From: Candidatus Poribacteria bacterium | GTDB taxonomy: Bacteria > Poribacteria > WGA-4E > PCPOR2b | Reading direction: 5' to 3' | Length of the DNA: 64,000 nucleotides | NCBI GenBank assembly: GCA_965198175.1 | Contig: OZ240245.1 | Span: 4,672,001 to 4,736,000 of the forward strand | In this document: piece by piece, positions 38,679-50,162 of the stretch | Layout: the number at the start of each line of letters is the position of its first letter | Position numbering within the stretch: position 1 is the stretch's first letter | Program-made: the position numbers and the translations under genes | The notes under the pieces: model-generated | Databases searched by the model: none | Seen by the model: the letters and a program-made list of their open reading frames with translations, nothing else | What the model was told of the DNA's origin: nothing

Positions 38679-38795
38679 GATATAATTTCCTCAAAAAATG
38701 GGCGCGTTGAACTATATTCTGATGTACAACCTCTAGATTTCCAAGGGCTTAATAATAATGTCTCATCATCAGGACTGGAAAAATCGATGAGTATT

Positions 38796-39602
38796 TCATA
38801 CTTTTCCTTTCACACCTCTTGCTAATTCTCCTGTAAATTCCCTCACGCTTGACACAATCTTCGTCTCATCGTCCAGATATCTTTCAATGATGTTAATGAT
38901 TGCGCTGGCAACGATGACACCATCTGCCATTTGTGCAACCGTTTGCCCTTGTGCCCTCGTCGAAATGCCAAATCCGACGCAAATCGGTTTGTCGGTGTGT
39001 TTTCTCAGTTGCGTCACCATGGGTAGAATTTCCTCTGAGAGTGAATCCCGTGCGCCCGTTACACCGGTCACTGAGACGCAGTAGATGAACCCGGTGCTAA
39101 CCGACGCAATGAGACGCACTCGATCCGGTGGGCTGGTCGGTGCCACAAGGAAAATTGTGGCGAGATTGTGCTTCGGGGCAATTTCCAACAGTGTTTCAGC
39201 CTCTTCCGGCGGAAGATCTGGAATAATAACTCCATCTATCCCTGCTTCCTTTGCTGCTGCGCAAAATTTCGCTTCCCCCATCCGAAAGATTGGGTTGTAG
39301 TAAGTCATGAGCGCGATAGGGATTTGCGTTTCCTCGCGGAACTCACGAACGAGGTCAAGGATTTGTCGAAGCGAAATCCGGTGCGCTAAAGCACGTTCGC
39401 TCGCCTTCTGGATAGTGGGACCATCGGCGATGGGGTCGGAAAATGGCACACCAACCTCGATGAGATCTGCTCCTGCTTCTTCAAGCGCTATGAGGAGCTT
39501 ACGGCTTAATTTAGGCGTTGGATCTCCGGCACATATATAAGGCATGAAGGCACTTTTTCCCATCGTGCGCAATTCCTGAAACTTCGCCATAATTCGATTC
39601 AA
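38796..39602 (-). CDS. trpA: Tryptophan synthase alpha subunit
   Basis: EVGVPFSDPIADGPTIQ, YYNPI, PDLPPEE, GVTG and VGFGIS motifs. Confidence 0.97.
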   Translation of the reverse strand: MNRIMAKFQELRTMGKSAFMPYICAGDPTPKLSRKLLIALEEAGADLIEVGVPFSDPIADGPTIQKASERALAHRISLRQILDLVREFREETQIPIALMTYYNPIFRMGEAKFCAAAKEAGIDGVIIPDLPPEEAETLLEIAPKHNLATIFLVAPTSPPDRVRLIASVSTGFIYCVSVTGVTGARDSLSEEILPMVTQLRKHTDKPICVGFGISTRAQGQTVAQMADGVIVASAIINIIERYLDDETKIVSSVREFTGELARGVKGKV

Positions 39603-39917
39603 AATTGAACTTTCCCTTTATCTTGATTTAAAATTCTGAGAGCCAATCATTTTCACGTTTTGTGTTTCTCGATTCGATGTAACGTCTCACGCACGTAGCA
39701 GTTTCTCCACAATGCTGAGGCCGCCCGCCCCAATGCATTGAGTAATTCGGTTGCCTGTCTATCGCCAATCTTCCCCACCGCAATCGCCGCTGCTGATTCT
39801 AGCTTCTTGACGAGCCATCGTATCGTTGGAAAAAGTCAACTCCGGAACATTTTGGGAAGATGCATCCCAAATACCTCCCTAATGTGTAACAGGTCATACG
39901 TTTTTCCGCATTACGCA

Positions 39918-41114
39918 TCACAGTTGGTCACCGAGCGCCTTTGTAATGGTATATACGTCTTTATCTCCACGCCCTGAAAGACAAATTACGATAATGGCAT
40001 CTCGTTCCATTTTCGGCGCTAGCTTGCGGACGTAGGCGACGGCGTGGGCAGCTTCAAGCGCAGGAATAATACCTTCCGATTCCGACAGCAGTTTAAAGCC
40101 TTCCACTGCTTCCTCGTCTGTAATGGAGACATATTCTGCACGTCCGGTGGCTCTGTAATAGCTATGTTCGGGTCCAACTCCCGGATAATCTAGTCCCGCT
40201 GAGATCGAGTGTGCGGGGGTAATCTGACCGTCATCTTCCTGCAACAGATAGCATTTCGCACCATGAAACACACCAATGCTGCCCACGCTGAGCGAAGCTG
40301 CATGCTTGTTGCTGAGAATGCTTTCACCTGCGGCTTCGACGCCAATTAGCTTCACGGATGCATCTGCGTAAAACGGATGAAACATGCCAATTGAGTTACT
40401 CCCGCCACCGACACATGCGACAACGCAATCTGGCAACCGCCCCTCTTTCTCAAAAATCTGGGTTCTGGTTTCTTTGCCAATCACGGATTGGAAATCCCGA
40501 ACAATCATCGGGTATGGATGCGCTCCAACAACAGAGCCGATTAGGAAATGGGTCGTTCTGACATTGGTCACCCAATCTCGGAATGCGGCGTTGATGGCAT
40601 CCTTGAGGGTGCGCGAACCGGAAGAAACAGGTGTAACGGTTGCCCCCAGCAACCGCATACGATAAACGTTCAGGGCTTGACGTTCGATGTCCTCTTCACC
40701 CATAAAAATTTCGCATGCTATCTTGAACTTCGCTGTAACTGTCGCCGTTGCAACGCCATGTTGTCCTGCCCCCGTCTCAGCGATAATCCGTTTCTTGCCC
40801 ATTCGCCGCGCAAGCAAAATCTGACCAATGGTGTTGTTGATTTTGTGTGCGCCAGTGTGATTGAGATCCTCACGCTTTAGATAGATTTTCGCACCGCCGA
40901 GTGCTTCTGTCAAACGCTCAGCGTGATAAAGTGGGTTTGGTCGACCGACATATTCACAGAGATGATATTCAAACTCCTCCTGAAAATCCGCATCTTCTTT
41001 TAAGCTAGCGTAAGCATCCTCAAGTTCCAACAAGGCTGACATCAATGTCTCAGGAACAAACCTGCCGCCAAATTTGCCAAAATGCCCTGTGACATCAGGT
41101 AAGTTTTGAGCCAA
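39918..41114 (-). CDS. trpB: Tryptophan synthase beta subunit
   Basis: [37 protein letters not shown] and LSGRGDKD motifs. Confidence 0.98.
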   Translation of the reverse strand: MAQNLPDVTGHFGKFGGRFVPETLMSALLELEDAYASLKEDADFQEEFEYHLCEYVGRPNPLYHAERLTEALGGAKIYLKREDLNHTGAHKINNTIGQILLARRMGKKRIIAETGAGQHGVATATVTAKFKIACEIFMGEEDIERQALNVYRMRLLGATVTPVSSGSRTLKDAINAAFRDWVTNVRTTHFLIGSVVGAHPYPMIVRDFQSVIGKETRTQIFEKEGRLPDCVVACVGGGSNSIGMFHPFYADASVKLIGVEAAGESILSNKHAASLSVGSIGVFHGAKCYLLQEDDGQITPAHSISAGLDYPGVGPEHSYYRATGRAEYVSITDEEAVEGFKLLSESEGIIPALEAAHAVAYVRKLAPKMERDAIIVICLSGRGDKDVYTITKALGDQL

Positions 41115-41294
41115 TGTAATTTCTCCTTAATGACCAATAACCCTTTGATTTCCCAACCCCATTTTCATCACATATAATCCTTAGAGGTCTGCTAGCAAGC
41201 CGTCAAAAATCATCAGACATTGGGATTTTTCCAAACGGGACCCATCCGATGTAAAGTTTATTTCTACCGCTTGTTGTTACTGACCCAAAGTGGT

Positions 41295-41323
41295 ATTATA
41301 CCATCTTCCGTCTTCTGGGTCAA
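41295..41323 (-). promoter_or_regulatory. Sigma70 promoter of trpBA
   Basis: TTGACC-17-TATAAT with extended TG. Confidence 0.7.
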
Positions 41324-41470
41324 TCATCCTACGGGACATTTCTACTGGATCTTTAAACCTGCCTAGGGTATAATAAGATTTTGTAGTGGAATAAGCTGCT
41401 AGGTGAGTTTTAATCATGATTTATATTCGGTCTTAACGAAATCGTAGCCATCGAATACTAGCACCCACCT

Positions 41471-43792
41471 ATGATTTTCAAGTCCATTTCTTATTGGATC
41501 TGGTTCGCGTTATTCGTTATCCTCGCGTTGGTTTTAGCGCGAATGCCGCTGTTCGACGTGCTGGCGTTCGAGTTTTGCGCCATCCTCGCGATTGGCATCT
41601 CACTTGCTGGCGTACACACTGCCGGGACATGCGTGCAGCAACTCAGACATAGAACAACAGTCCCCAAGGTAACTTCCCTCCAAATCGTGACTACGCTATT
41701 CGGCAAATCGTTCGGCGCCAATCTAATATTGCTAATCCCACCGCTCATCATTATTTTGCTGAATGCACTCCATGTTAAAAACTGTGATTTCTCAGAAGGC
41801 GCTACCTTCTTTCTTCTCCTGCCTGTGATTAGTTGTGCCTATGCCACCGGCGCAGGCGTGTTCTTTGGATTATGGTTGGCGAAGCGTTGGACCGCCTATC
41901 TCATTTATCTCGTCTACATCTTCGCTACCCTCCTGCTACTGCTTCACAATATCGCTTTTCACCCACCTGTCTTCGGTTATCATTCGACTTTCGGTTATTT
42001 CCCGGGGCCAATCTACGATGAAAATATCCCAATTTCTGGAACGCTCATTATTGCCCGGGGGACAACGCTTCTGTTGACTGGAATTTTTCTGTTGTTTGCA
42101 ATTAGCATGTTGTCGGTTAGAGAACGTTCTGAATCCCCGCCGACACTCCACTTGCGAAATTTCTATCGTTTCGAGATTAGGTTTGATAATCTGATGAACC
42201 GCCTCTGTCTAGTCGCCATGGTTATCGCATTTGTGTCAATCTATCTACACCGTAGCGAGCTCGGTCTGCGTCCAACGCGGAGCTACATTGAAAAAAAGCT
42301 GGGCGGTATGAAAGAGACTGAACATTTCAAGCTGTATTACGAAAAAGGATCCAGAGTCGAACAGGAAATTGAGTGGATTGCGCATGACCATGAGTTCCGT
42401 TATGCGCAACTGACTACCTACTTCCAGATGCAACCCTCAAAGAAAATCCGATCCTATATCTACACGTCGCCTGAACAGAAAAAACAACTCATTGGAGCGC
42501 GGGAAACATCAGTTGAAGACCCATTTGGGGGCGGTTTCCACATCAACTACGAGGAATTCCCCCATCCCGTAATGAAACATGAATTGGCACACGCTCTTAC
42601 AGCAGATTGGCATCCGTTGCTCAAAGTTAGCCTCAAGCCAGGGCTGCATGAGGGAATCGCCGTCGCTGCAGCTTGGAATTATGAGCAGTTCACGCCGCAT
42701 CAGCGAAGTAAAGCGATGCGCCAGTTGAAAATTGCGCCAAAGATACAACAGATTATGGGACTAGGTTTCTGGAAAGAGGCATCATCACGAAGCTATACCT
42801 TAGCTGGTTCTTTCGTCCGGTTCCTTGTCGATACTTACGGGTTGGAAGAATTCAAGGACGTTTTCCCAACAGGCAACTTCAAGAAAATCTACGGAAAAAC
42901 CTTAACCAATCTGGTTCAAGAATGGGAAAGCTTTTTGGAGAGTGTCCCTCTAACCGAAGACGATTTGGCAGTTGCGGAGGGACATCTCAAACACTCCAGC
43001 ATTTTCCAGAAACTGTGTGCTCACAAGATTGCTGAGCTTTCTACACGTGCACGGACTGCGTATCGCGAATCTAATTTCACCGTGGCGCTTGCCTTACTTG
43101 AGAAGATTTTCAAGTTAGATCCCGATAACCTGTCTAATCTGCTGGAGTTGATGTATACACATTATCAGATGGGTGATTACCACGCAACGTTGGGATTAAC
43201 AACGAAAATCTGTGCATATCCCAGCGCGAGTGTGAAGCAGATCGCAGCAGCGAAAAATGTGGGGGGGAATGTTCAGTGGCATCGAGGAAGGCGTAATCAA
43301 GCTATTTCGCATTACCAAGAGGTTTTTGCGCTTCACGCATCCGACGCCCTCGATCGGGAAGTCCAAGCCAAGGTTGCTATACTAGCGTTGGATTTTGCAG
43401 GTGTTCAGGATAAACTGAGGCAGGTTATAATCTCCCAGTCATCACCACAACTCAAGGTGACGCTGCTTCACGAAGTTATCAATGAACTACCGGAGTGGGG
43501 GTTACCGCACTATCTAATTGGACGACAACTCGAATTAGTTCGAAAGTACGTCACTGCAAATCGCTACCGGTTCAAAGCAAATACCTTAGGACTACCACAC
43601 CAGAACTTGGAAATCGAAAATGTGCGGTTAATCGGCGTCAACTCGTATCGCCTCGGACACTACGATTCAGCGATCGAACAATTTCAGCGGATTGCAGCGA
43701 AGGACAATCTGCCGCTTGGTACAATCTACAACGCAAGGGATTGGATTGAACGCTGCGACTGGGCGAAAGGGAAAATGGATGTTGGAATCTGA
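41471..43792 (+). CDS. Membrane protein with gluzincin (peptidase MA-like) domain and C-terminal TPRs
   Basis: About 7 N-terminal TMs; HELAH...LHEGIA; SY..AGSFVRFL..YG; helical TPR-like tail. Confidence 0.75.
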   Translation: MIFKSISYWIWFALFVILALVLARMPLFDVLAFEFCAILAIGISLAGVHTAGTCVQQLRHRTTVPKVTSLQIVTTLFGKSFGANLILLIPPLIIILLNALHVKNCDFSEGATFFLLLPVISCAYATGAGVFFGLWLAKRWTAYLIYLVYIFATLLLLLHNIAFHPPVFGYHSTFGYFPGPIYDENIPISGTLIIARGTTLLLTGIFLLFAISMLSVRERSESPPTLHLRNFYRFEIRFDNLMNRLCLVAMVIAFVSIYLHRSELGLRPTRSYIEKKLGGMKETEHFKLYYEKGSRVEQEIEWIAHDHEFRYAQLTTYFQMQPSKKIRSYIYTSPEQKKQLIGARETSVEDPFGGGFHINYEEFPHPVMKHELAHALTADWHPLLKVSLKPGLHEGIAVAAAWNYEQFTPHQRSKAMRQLKIAPKIQQIMGLGFWKEASSRSYTLAGSFVRFLVDTYGLEEFKDVFPTGNFKKIYGKTLTNLVQEWESFLESVPLTEDDLAVAEGHLKHSSIFQKLCAHKIAELSTRARTAYRESNFTVALALLEKIFKLDPDNLSNLLELMYTHYQMGDYHATLGLTTKICAYPSASVKQIAAAKNVGGNVQWHRGRRNQAISHYQEVFALHASDALDREVQAKVAILALDFAGVQDKLRQVIISQSSPQLKVTLLHEVINELPEWGLPHYLIGRQLELVRKYVTANRYRFKANTLGLPHQNLEIENVRLIGVNSYRLGHYDSAIEQFQRIAAKDNLPLGTIYNARDWIERCDWAKGKMDVGI

Positions 43793-43923
43793 TATGCTGC
43801 TTATGCGGATTCTACAATCACCAACAACCGCATTAGAGCCTGACGTACCACTCCGGCTTCTGACTTATTTCTTGCAATTTTTGGTCTAGACAATGGGAAC
43901 CACTTTATCTTTCCTCGAATCTT

Positions 43924-44691
43924 TCAATCTTTATTATTCAAAAGGTACGATTTCATCAGTGCTTTGAGGTTGTTAGATCGCGCAAGCCAACCAGGTAGGG
44001 CGCTCGCATAAAATGGATTGTGCTTTGCAAGGGCGTTTAAGAATTCGCGCTTACGGACATCAAACTTTAGAAAAATCTTCCACGCATAATCCGGTTGCGC
44101 TTTCAATGCCACGTCAATGTTATCGTTGAGTTTCCTGACTGCCAAGGTGGTATGCGTTTTCCAGATTCCATCCGGTTTCACATTCACCAGTTTCTGAATA
44201 ACCCGCGTTGCATTCGCACCTGCGAGCGTGGCGAAATCTGCATATCCAGCTTGCAAGCACGGATGAACGTCCCAGCAATGATATCGTTCAAAATAATCGT
44301 GGTAGAATCTTTTTATCACCACCAGATTCGCATCAGGCGCAGTTAGCGCGTCTTGGCTCGCGTTCACGCCCCCTAAGCGGATTACATTTGCGGGCAGGTG
44401 CGCTTTATCGCCTTGTCTATCCCGCCATTCCGTCCACGCGGTAGCTGTAATGCCCGCGTAAGAAACCCCGCCAACATGTGCAGGTTCATGGGTATTCAGC
44501 CCGGCTTCATGCTTCAGGATGAATCTCAAAATGGCATCGCGATCGGGGCTATCAATCGGTGTTGTCTTGGACATTTCGGCGATTCTTGGGCTAAATCCAA
44601 CATACTTTAGCAATATTAGTAATATCAAACAGCTCAGACAGATCCGAAGAACAGGAATAAAAACATCGGATTTAGGAATCTTCATCGACAC
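43924..44691 (-). CDS. GH108-family lysozyme-like protein with N-terminal membrane anchor
   Basis: ILKHEAG..HVGGVSYAGIT; QKLVNVKPDGIW..T; GWLAR near the C-terminus. Confidence 0.7.
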   Translation of the reverse strand: MSMKIPKSDVFIPVLRICLSCLILLILLKYVGFSPRIAEMSKTTPIDSPDRDAILRFILKHEAGLNTHEPAHVGGVSYAGITATAWTEWRDRQGDKAHLPANVIRLGGVNASQDALTAPDANLVVIKRFYHDYFERYHCWDVHPCLQAGYADFATLAGANATRVIQKLVNVKPDGIWKTHTTLAVRKLNDNIDVALKAQPDYAWKIFLKFDVRKREFLNALAKHNPFYASALPGWLARSNNLKALMKSYLLNNKD

Positions 44692-45499
44692 GGAAATCCT
44701 CCGTCAACATCGCATATTGAATAATGATGATTGGTTGTTGAGTCCGTTTCTTGAGCCAAGGGTTTGCTTAAATCAGGCTTGCAAGTGTTCGAAACAGAAC
44801 ACTAAAGTCAACATTTGGTATTCCATGAACGCAATAACCGCAACAGAAGTTGCGAAAAAATGAACGTTCCAAGTCAAACTGCAAGCGTTGGGTTCAAGAA
44901 GGTGACCAAACGGATACACGCAGCAATATCACTTCTTGATAGAATACCGTCTTTCTGGAAACCTTGGTTGCGGAGGCCAAAACCTGAAACTGGCTTCTAT
45001 CCATCCCCTCTCAATGTCTTCAGAATCGGTTGAACCATCAGGCTGTAGCCCCTTAAGACTAGAGCTTCTTGTGTTAAATTGCCTAAACGGAAAATTACAA
45101 AATATGCATTTCATCGGAGACAACGTAACGGATTGTTGTTCCTTTGTTAAGGGTTTCAATATGGCTTTTTTGCTTCACAATTTGAATAGAATTTCCCTAT
45201 TTCATTTTCTTTACTAAACCGTTCCAACGCAAATCGGTTGACTTCTGAAGCATAGGTATCATTAGCTTCCACATAACCTCTAATCCGCCGGATTATCTTC
45301 TTCTCTTGCCTCTAAATTTATGATTGGCATTGTTTCACCTTTTCGTCTCGTTCTTCCCATTTGAAATCACCATTGTTAAAATTTTGGTAATAATGGAAAG
45401 ACGTTCAAGTTTACTCCAACATTCTACTTTGATTGTTCGTCCCTTCCATCAAAATTTAGGCGTTTACGATCGAGATTGGACTAACAATTCGGGTGAAAA

Positions 45500-46423
45500 T
45501 TAGGTTGACTGCTGTAAGGCAACTACCATAGAGCCGATAACCACCAATACCGTTCCTACAATGCTCAAGAAATTGAGTTGTTCGGGTTGGATGACGTTTG
45601 GAAGCAGGCGCCCGCCGAATGTCATCGCGGTAACGGTAATAAGCGGAATCAAAGCCAATACCATGCTAACCCGCGAAGCTTCAACGTGGTTCAGTGCTTC
45701 GGCAAAGCTGCTCCATGAGATTAACGTACTGAGCGCGCAAAAGGCTAGTAGCAACCCCGTTGCGCGATTCAGGTGGAACAGTTGAGCAGGACGGGCAAGT
45801 GGTAGAAAAATGAGGGTTGCAGCGAGATAAATGAGAAGTGTAATTGTTGCCGAAGGGAGAGTTTTCAACAACTGTTTTTGCGCAAGCGCGTACATCGTCC
45901 ATGTTAATACAGCAGCGAGTATTAGTAAGACACCGCTTTTAAGTTCGGTGGATTCAAACAACATTTCATCAAGTCGACGGTTGAAGAACAGCAGTATGCC
46001 AACAAGCAATACTCCAAATCCCACCCATTGCAGGGCGACAAGACGCTCTTTAAAGAAAACAAGACTGCCTAACAGCATTAATATAGGCGCTAGTTGGAAC
46101 ACGACTTGTGCTGTGCTAGGAGAGATGTAATTCAGACCGAGGAGATAGAAAATATGGTTGGTGCATAAACACAGAATTGTGGCGAACAGCAGCAATCGGC
46201 GCGTTCCTTGAAGTTTCATTGCAGAAAAGAATTCATATCTGCGAACAACCGGAACCACCAACAACCCACCAGCGAGCAGGAAACGATACCAGGTAACAGT
46301 GTATACATCCATGCTGTCCAGCAGTCTCTTTAGTGCAATGGGCGTCAGTCCCCAGAAAAGCGCAGTGACAAACGATAACGCAAGCCCAAGACGCCAACGG
46401 CCGGTGGATCTATGGATACTCAT
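45500..46423 (-). CDS. DMT/EamA family transporter
   Basis: About 10 TMs; WGLTPIALK, WYRF and FAEALNHVEASRVS motifs. Confidence 0.92.
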   Translation of the reverse strand: MSIHRSTGRWRLGLALSFVTALFWGLTPIALKRLLDSMDVYTVTWYRFLLAGGLLVVPVVRRYEFFSAMKLQGTRRLLLFATILCLCTNHIFYLLGLNYISPSTAQVVFQLAPILMLLGSLVFFKERLVALQWVGFGVLLVGILLFFNRRLDEMLFESTELKSGVLLILAAVLTWTMYALAQKQLLKTLPSATITLLIYLAATLIFLPLARPAQLFHLNRATGLLLAFCALSTLISWSSFAEALNHVEASRVSMVLALIPLITVTAMTFGGRLLPNVIQPEQLNFLSIVGTVLVVIGSMVVALQQST

Positions 46424-46630
46424 TGGGCACTTCCAGAACACTGCGACATTCGTGACACTGAATCATGACCGCAAGTTGCTAAAGCGATAAAGAACATAAA
46501 ATGTTTCCTCCGGTTCGGCTGAGAGTTCAGGACCTAGCCTGTTTTGCCGTTCGTCGTTTGTTTTGCCAACAGGCTCAAGTTCAGATGGGGCGACAACACA
46601 ATTTAGTAATCGATGGAAGTCCTTTTATAC

Positions 46631-46697
46631 TTGAGAATATTCCCTATGTACATTATAATATGCTGACTAATTATAATTGTTTCCTGCGTATTGTCAA
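46631..46697. promoter_or_regulatory. Two oppositely oriented sigma70 promoters with nearly coincident start sites
   Basis: Plus: TTGAGA-17-TATAAT (46631-46659). Minus: TTGACA-16-TATAAT (46697-46670). Confidence 0.55.
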
Positions 46698-47306
46698 CCT
46701 TTTTGATATCATTTCGACATCCTCGCATTTCATTAATTTTCGCATTCATGCAACATTCCAAATAATAGAACTTTTCCACTCAGCATTTCAACCATATCAA
46801 ACCTTCGAGGATATCAGGCGGGGAGGCTATCCCCTTGAAACTAAAAGTTTTTGTCACACGCCCTGTTCCGGAAAGCATCGTGGCGATGTTCGTAGAAATG
46901 TACGAGGTTGATAGGCGTCGAAATTTTCCCCAGTGGATGATTTAGAGTGCGCCCCAATCTCAAGGTCATCTGCGCATGGCATCGGTTATAATCACATTGA
47001 CACAAACGTAGCAAAGGCGATCAACATCGGATATGACGTTCGCACTTTTTGCTTGCCACCGTGCGATATGATAGCTCTTCCAATGTCTTGGTTCAATCAA
47101 GGCGGTACAACCGTTTGAAACGACATGCAGATGATGGAAATGAGTGTCGAAAACCTGTAAGCGAGACTAAAGGGTAAACTACCACTGCCTTATGCCATGT
47201 TTCAATAGCGGGCATCGCCTGGTTGGTTTAGGTATTAGGGTATTGATACAAAGGGTTTTCCCTAGGAACGAGTGACGAGGGAAATTACTCGTAATTACTT
47301 ACCACG

Positions 47307-48479
47307 ATGAAGATGAAAGACAAGGTTAGGTTTGGTGTCATCGGCTGTGGCGTAGCTGCTTGGATGGGACATCTATCTTGGATTTGGGAACATCCAAATG
47401 CCGAGTTGGTAGTTGTTTGCGACTCAGAGGTGAAGCGTGCCATTCAGGCAAAAGAACGATATAACGCTCACGCTGTTTCGACAGACTACCAAGAAGTTTT
47501 GAAGCGACATGACGTTGACGCTGTATCTATATGTACTCCGCCCGCCTACCACCACGAAATGGCGATGGCTGCCGCTGAGCATAAAAAACACATCTTGCTT
47601 GAGAAGCCGATGGCACGCACCATACAGGAGTGCAATGAAATCATTGCAGCGGCTGAGTGTAATGAAATTTGCCTGATGCTAGGGCATGAAAAACGCTTCA
47701 ACTTCGCGCTCGAACGAATTAAGCAAATTATTGATGACGGCACTCTGGGCCAAGTGTTTTACCTAGTTGCGCATTGGGGCGCCGCCGTCAAGCTCGCACC
47801 GGACGAACTTATCCCGGCGGGCTATCGTGAAAACTATGAGTGGCGGTGGAAGGATGAAGCGGTGGGTGGGGGTATTATCCTGGACCATTTGCCCCATTAT
47901 GTTGATTTGTGGCGGTGGTGGACCGGATCTGAAGTCGAGACCGTATCCGCTGAGATACAAAATGTTACACGTGACTACTTGGGAAATCCAGAGATTGGTG
48001 TCTGGGAGGATTTTGGCGTTGTTCTGATGCGCTTCAAAAACGGAGCGGTGGGCGTCTTTGACACCGGCACGGTAGGGCGTAGTCTATCTCCAATCTTGCA
48101 CATTGGGTCTGGTCTGGGTGAATGGTCGGAATTCGGCTATATCTATGGCACACGAGGACATCTCACATTTGATTTGCCACCGTGGGATTCACCGGAGCAT
48201 GGCCGTATTATGATTTGGTCGCTGGAGAACAAGCATCAAGGCGACCGCGGTTGGTATCAGGTTGAGATGCCTGAGCCAACCCGTGCTCCAGGAGGCCCAC
48301 TGTCGCCAAAAACTAACGAAAAGTATATGTTTCGACGCCAAATAGATCACTTTGTTCAATCTATTCGGGACGAAACCGAGCCACTCGTAGGTGGCCGGGA
48401 TGGCCGCGCTACCTTGGCTGTTGTCGAAGCAGCGTACGAATCGCAGCGATCCGGACAGAAATTGAAGATTAAACCATAG
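47307..48479 (+). CDS. Gfo/Idh/MocA oxidoreductase
   Basis: GVIGCG, HILLEKPMA and GGGIILDHLPHYVD motifs. Confidence 0.92.
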   Translation: MKMKDKVRFGVIGCGVAAWMGHLSWIWEHPNAELVVVCDSEVKRAIQAKERYNAHAVSTDYQEVLKRHDVDAVSICTPPAYHHEMAMAAAEHKKHILLEKPMARTIQECNEIIAAAECNEICLMLGHEKRFNFALERIKQIIDDGTLGQVFYLVAHWGAAVKLAPDELIPAGYRENYEWRWKDEAVGGGIILDHLPHYVDLWRWWTGSEVETVSAEIQNVTRDYLGNPEIGVWEDFGVVLMRFKNGAVGVFDTGTVGRSLSPILHIGSGLGEWSEFGYIYGTRGHLTFDLPPWDSPEHGRIMIWSLENKHQGDRGWYQVEMPEPTRAPGGPLSPKTNEKYMFRRQIDHFVQSIRDETEPLVGGRDGRATLAVVEAAYESQRSGQKLKIKP

Positions 48480-48631
48480 ATTGAAGATTAAAAAATCGGC
48501 AAGCGTACCTTGATATCCGTGCAAGCGGCACGCATAGTTTATTTCCAAAAAGCGGACATGAAATAATCAGAATCATCTAGCGTCATGAAGTTTTTGCATG
48601 ACGCTAGTTGCTAACAGAAGGAGAAATGACC

Positions 48632-49588
48632 ATGGATACGCCATATTTAACACCGCTGCTCAAAGAAAATCGTCCCATCTGGATTATGGGGGTACACGAT
48701 GTGGTATCCGCTAAGATTGCTGAAAGGGCAGGCTTTGACGCTGTAGGGGTTCAGTCGCTGCAAATCGCATTCGCGAATGGTCAACCGGACATCGGTGTAA
48801 TTACGCCGGATGAGACTGTCGAAGTGTGCCGCAAAATTCGCCGTTCTATCAACTTGCCAATCGTCGTGGACTTCGAGCAGGGATTCGGCGAACCGTATGC
48901 TTCTGTATATTGGATGCATGAGTTTGAACGTGCCGGCGTTGCGGCGGTACATATTGACGATTACGGTTTGCCCTATAAATGCCCGTTTATCCCACCGCAC
49001 GTCATGGCGATCGAGTCGATGGATGAGACAGCGGATAAGATTCGGGCAATGGCGGGTGAAAAACTCAACCCTGAATTCATGGTAATCGGCCGACCTGGCA
49101 CCTATGTGGCTAGAGTTCACCCTGACGAGGAATCGCGGCGTGCGGATTGGTTACGCCGTGCCAAGGCTTACCAAGAGGCAGGATCGGATGCCATTATGGC
49201 AATCTGTTGGTCGGTTGAACATGCTCGCTTTTTCCGCGACCAAGTGGATGGTCCAATGATGACCATCCGTACCCTAGGGACCGAAATCGACACGGATCGC
49301 GTCCAATATTCGTCTGATATGATGCAATTGAGCGTGGATGAATTATACGAATTGGGCTATCAACTCCAAATTGAACCAACGACCATGCTAGGGGTTGCCG
49401 TTAACGCGATGGTCAAAGCGATGGAGCTTGAAAAGCGGACTGGTAGGATTAGTAGTCTGTCCGAACAACACGGCAATCTCTATGACCTACTGGAATTGTG
49501 GATGAACGTAGCTGAAGTTCGCAGAATCCGAGAGTCTTACGCACGGGCAGAACTGCCGTCAGGTATGCAGCCGGAAGACGAAAAATGA
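48632..49588 (+). CDS. Isocitrate lyase / PEP mutase superfamily enzyme (atypical)
   Basis: HDVVSAKIAERAGFDA, PIVVDFEQGFG, GVAAVHIDD..KC and RAKAYQEAGSD motifs. Confidence 0.85.
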   Translation: MDTPYLTPLLKENRPIWIMGVHDVVSAKIAERAGFDAVGVQSLQIAFANGQPDIGVITPDETVEVCRKIRRSINLPIVVDFEQGFGEPYASVYWMHEFERAGVAAVHIDDYGLPYKCPFIPPHVMAIESMDETADKIRAMAGEKLNPEFMVIGRPGTYVARVHPDEESRRADWLRRAKAYQEAGSDAIMAICWSVEHARFFRDQVDGPMMTIRTLGTEIDTDRVQYSSDMMQLSVDELYELGYQLQIEPTTMLGVAVNAMVKAMELEKRTGRISSLSEQHGNLYDLLELWMNVAEVRRIRESYARAELPSGMQPEDEK

Positions 49589-49745
49589 CAGTACACGGAC
49601 GAACGGTTAGCAAGGGAAAATCAAATTAGATTTAACGGCAGCCTAGCTTATCGGTGGTAAGGTTCGTACTGTTTCTGAAGGAAATGAATCAAAACACGTT
49701 GACGCGATCAGTGATGATTCACAAAATGGAGAAAGGGGGTTGATT

Positions 49746-50162
49746 ATGTTAACCGGTCTGTGGACTATCGGTGTCAAGGTGCCGGATCTTGAACGAGAAT
49801 TGGAATTTCACCGCCAAATTGGAAACGAAATTGTGCTGGACGAGACACTCGAACTGGATGGTGAGTCTTTCCGTGTGCCGTTAGTCAAGATGGGCGATAA
49901 ATACCTGCACTTGGCGGAGAAGATGGTCTACGAGGATTTGCTTGGTAAAACGTTGCCGTACGGCATGACACACCTGGTCTATATGTCGAGTAGTTTAGAT
50001 CGAGATGTCGCCAAAGCGCTCGCTGCTGGCGCCGTTAAGATGCGGGAGATTGCCGAAGTTTCAGCGGGTTTCGGTGAGCGCAGGGTGGCGTTTTTGATAT
50101 CGCCCAGCGGCTGGATTTTTGAAATTATCGAAATCAAGAAGAACCTTGTACCTGAAGTTTGA
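49746..50162 (+). CDS. VOC/glyoxalase family protein
   Basis: IGVKVPDLE, GMTHLVY and RVAFLISPSGWIFEIIE motifs. Confidence 0.8.
   Translation: MLTGLWTIGVKVPDLERELEFHRQIGNEIVLDETLELDGESFRVPLVKMGDKYLHLAEKMVYEDLLGKTLPYGMTHLVYMSSSLDRDVAKALAAGAVKMREIAEVSAGFGERRVAFLISPSGWIFEIIEIKKNLVPEV

Noticed and set aside
41115..41290. Trp attenuator or T-box
   Set aside because: No tandem-Trp leader peptide or T-box motif seen.
43924..44691. Prophage lysis module
   Set aside because: No holin, structural or integrase genes nearby.
44700..45480. AT-rich stretch with short broken frames
   Set aside because: May be a gene remnant, but I could not assign any family.
46501..46911. 136-aa plus-strand ORF
   Set aside because: No recognisable motif; overlaps AT-rich promoter sequence.
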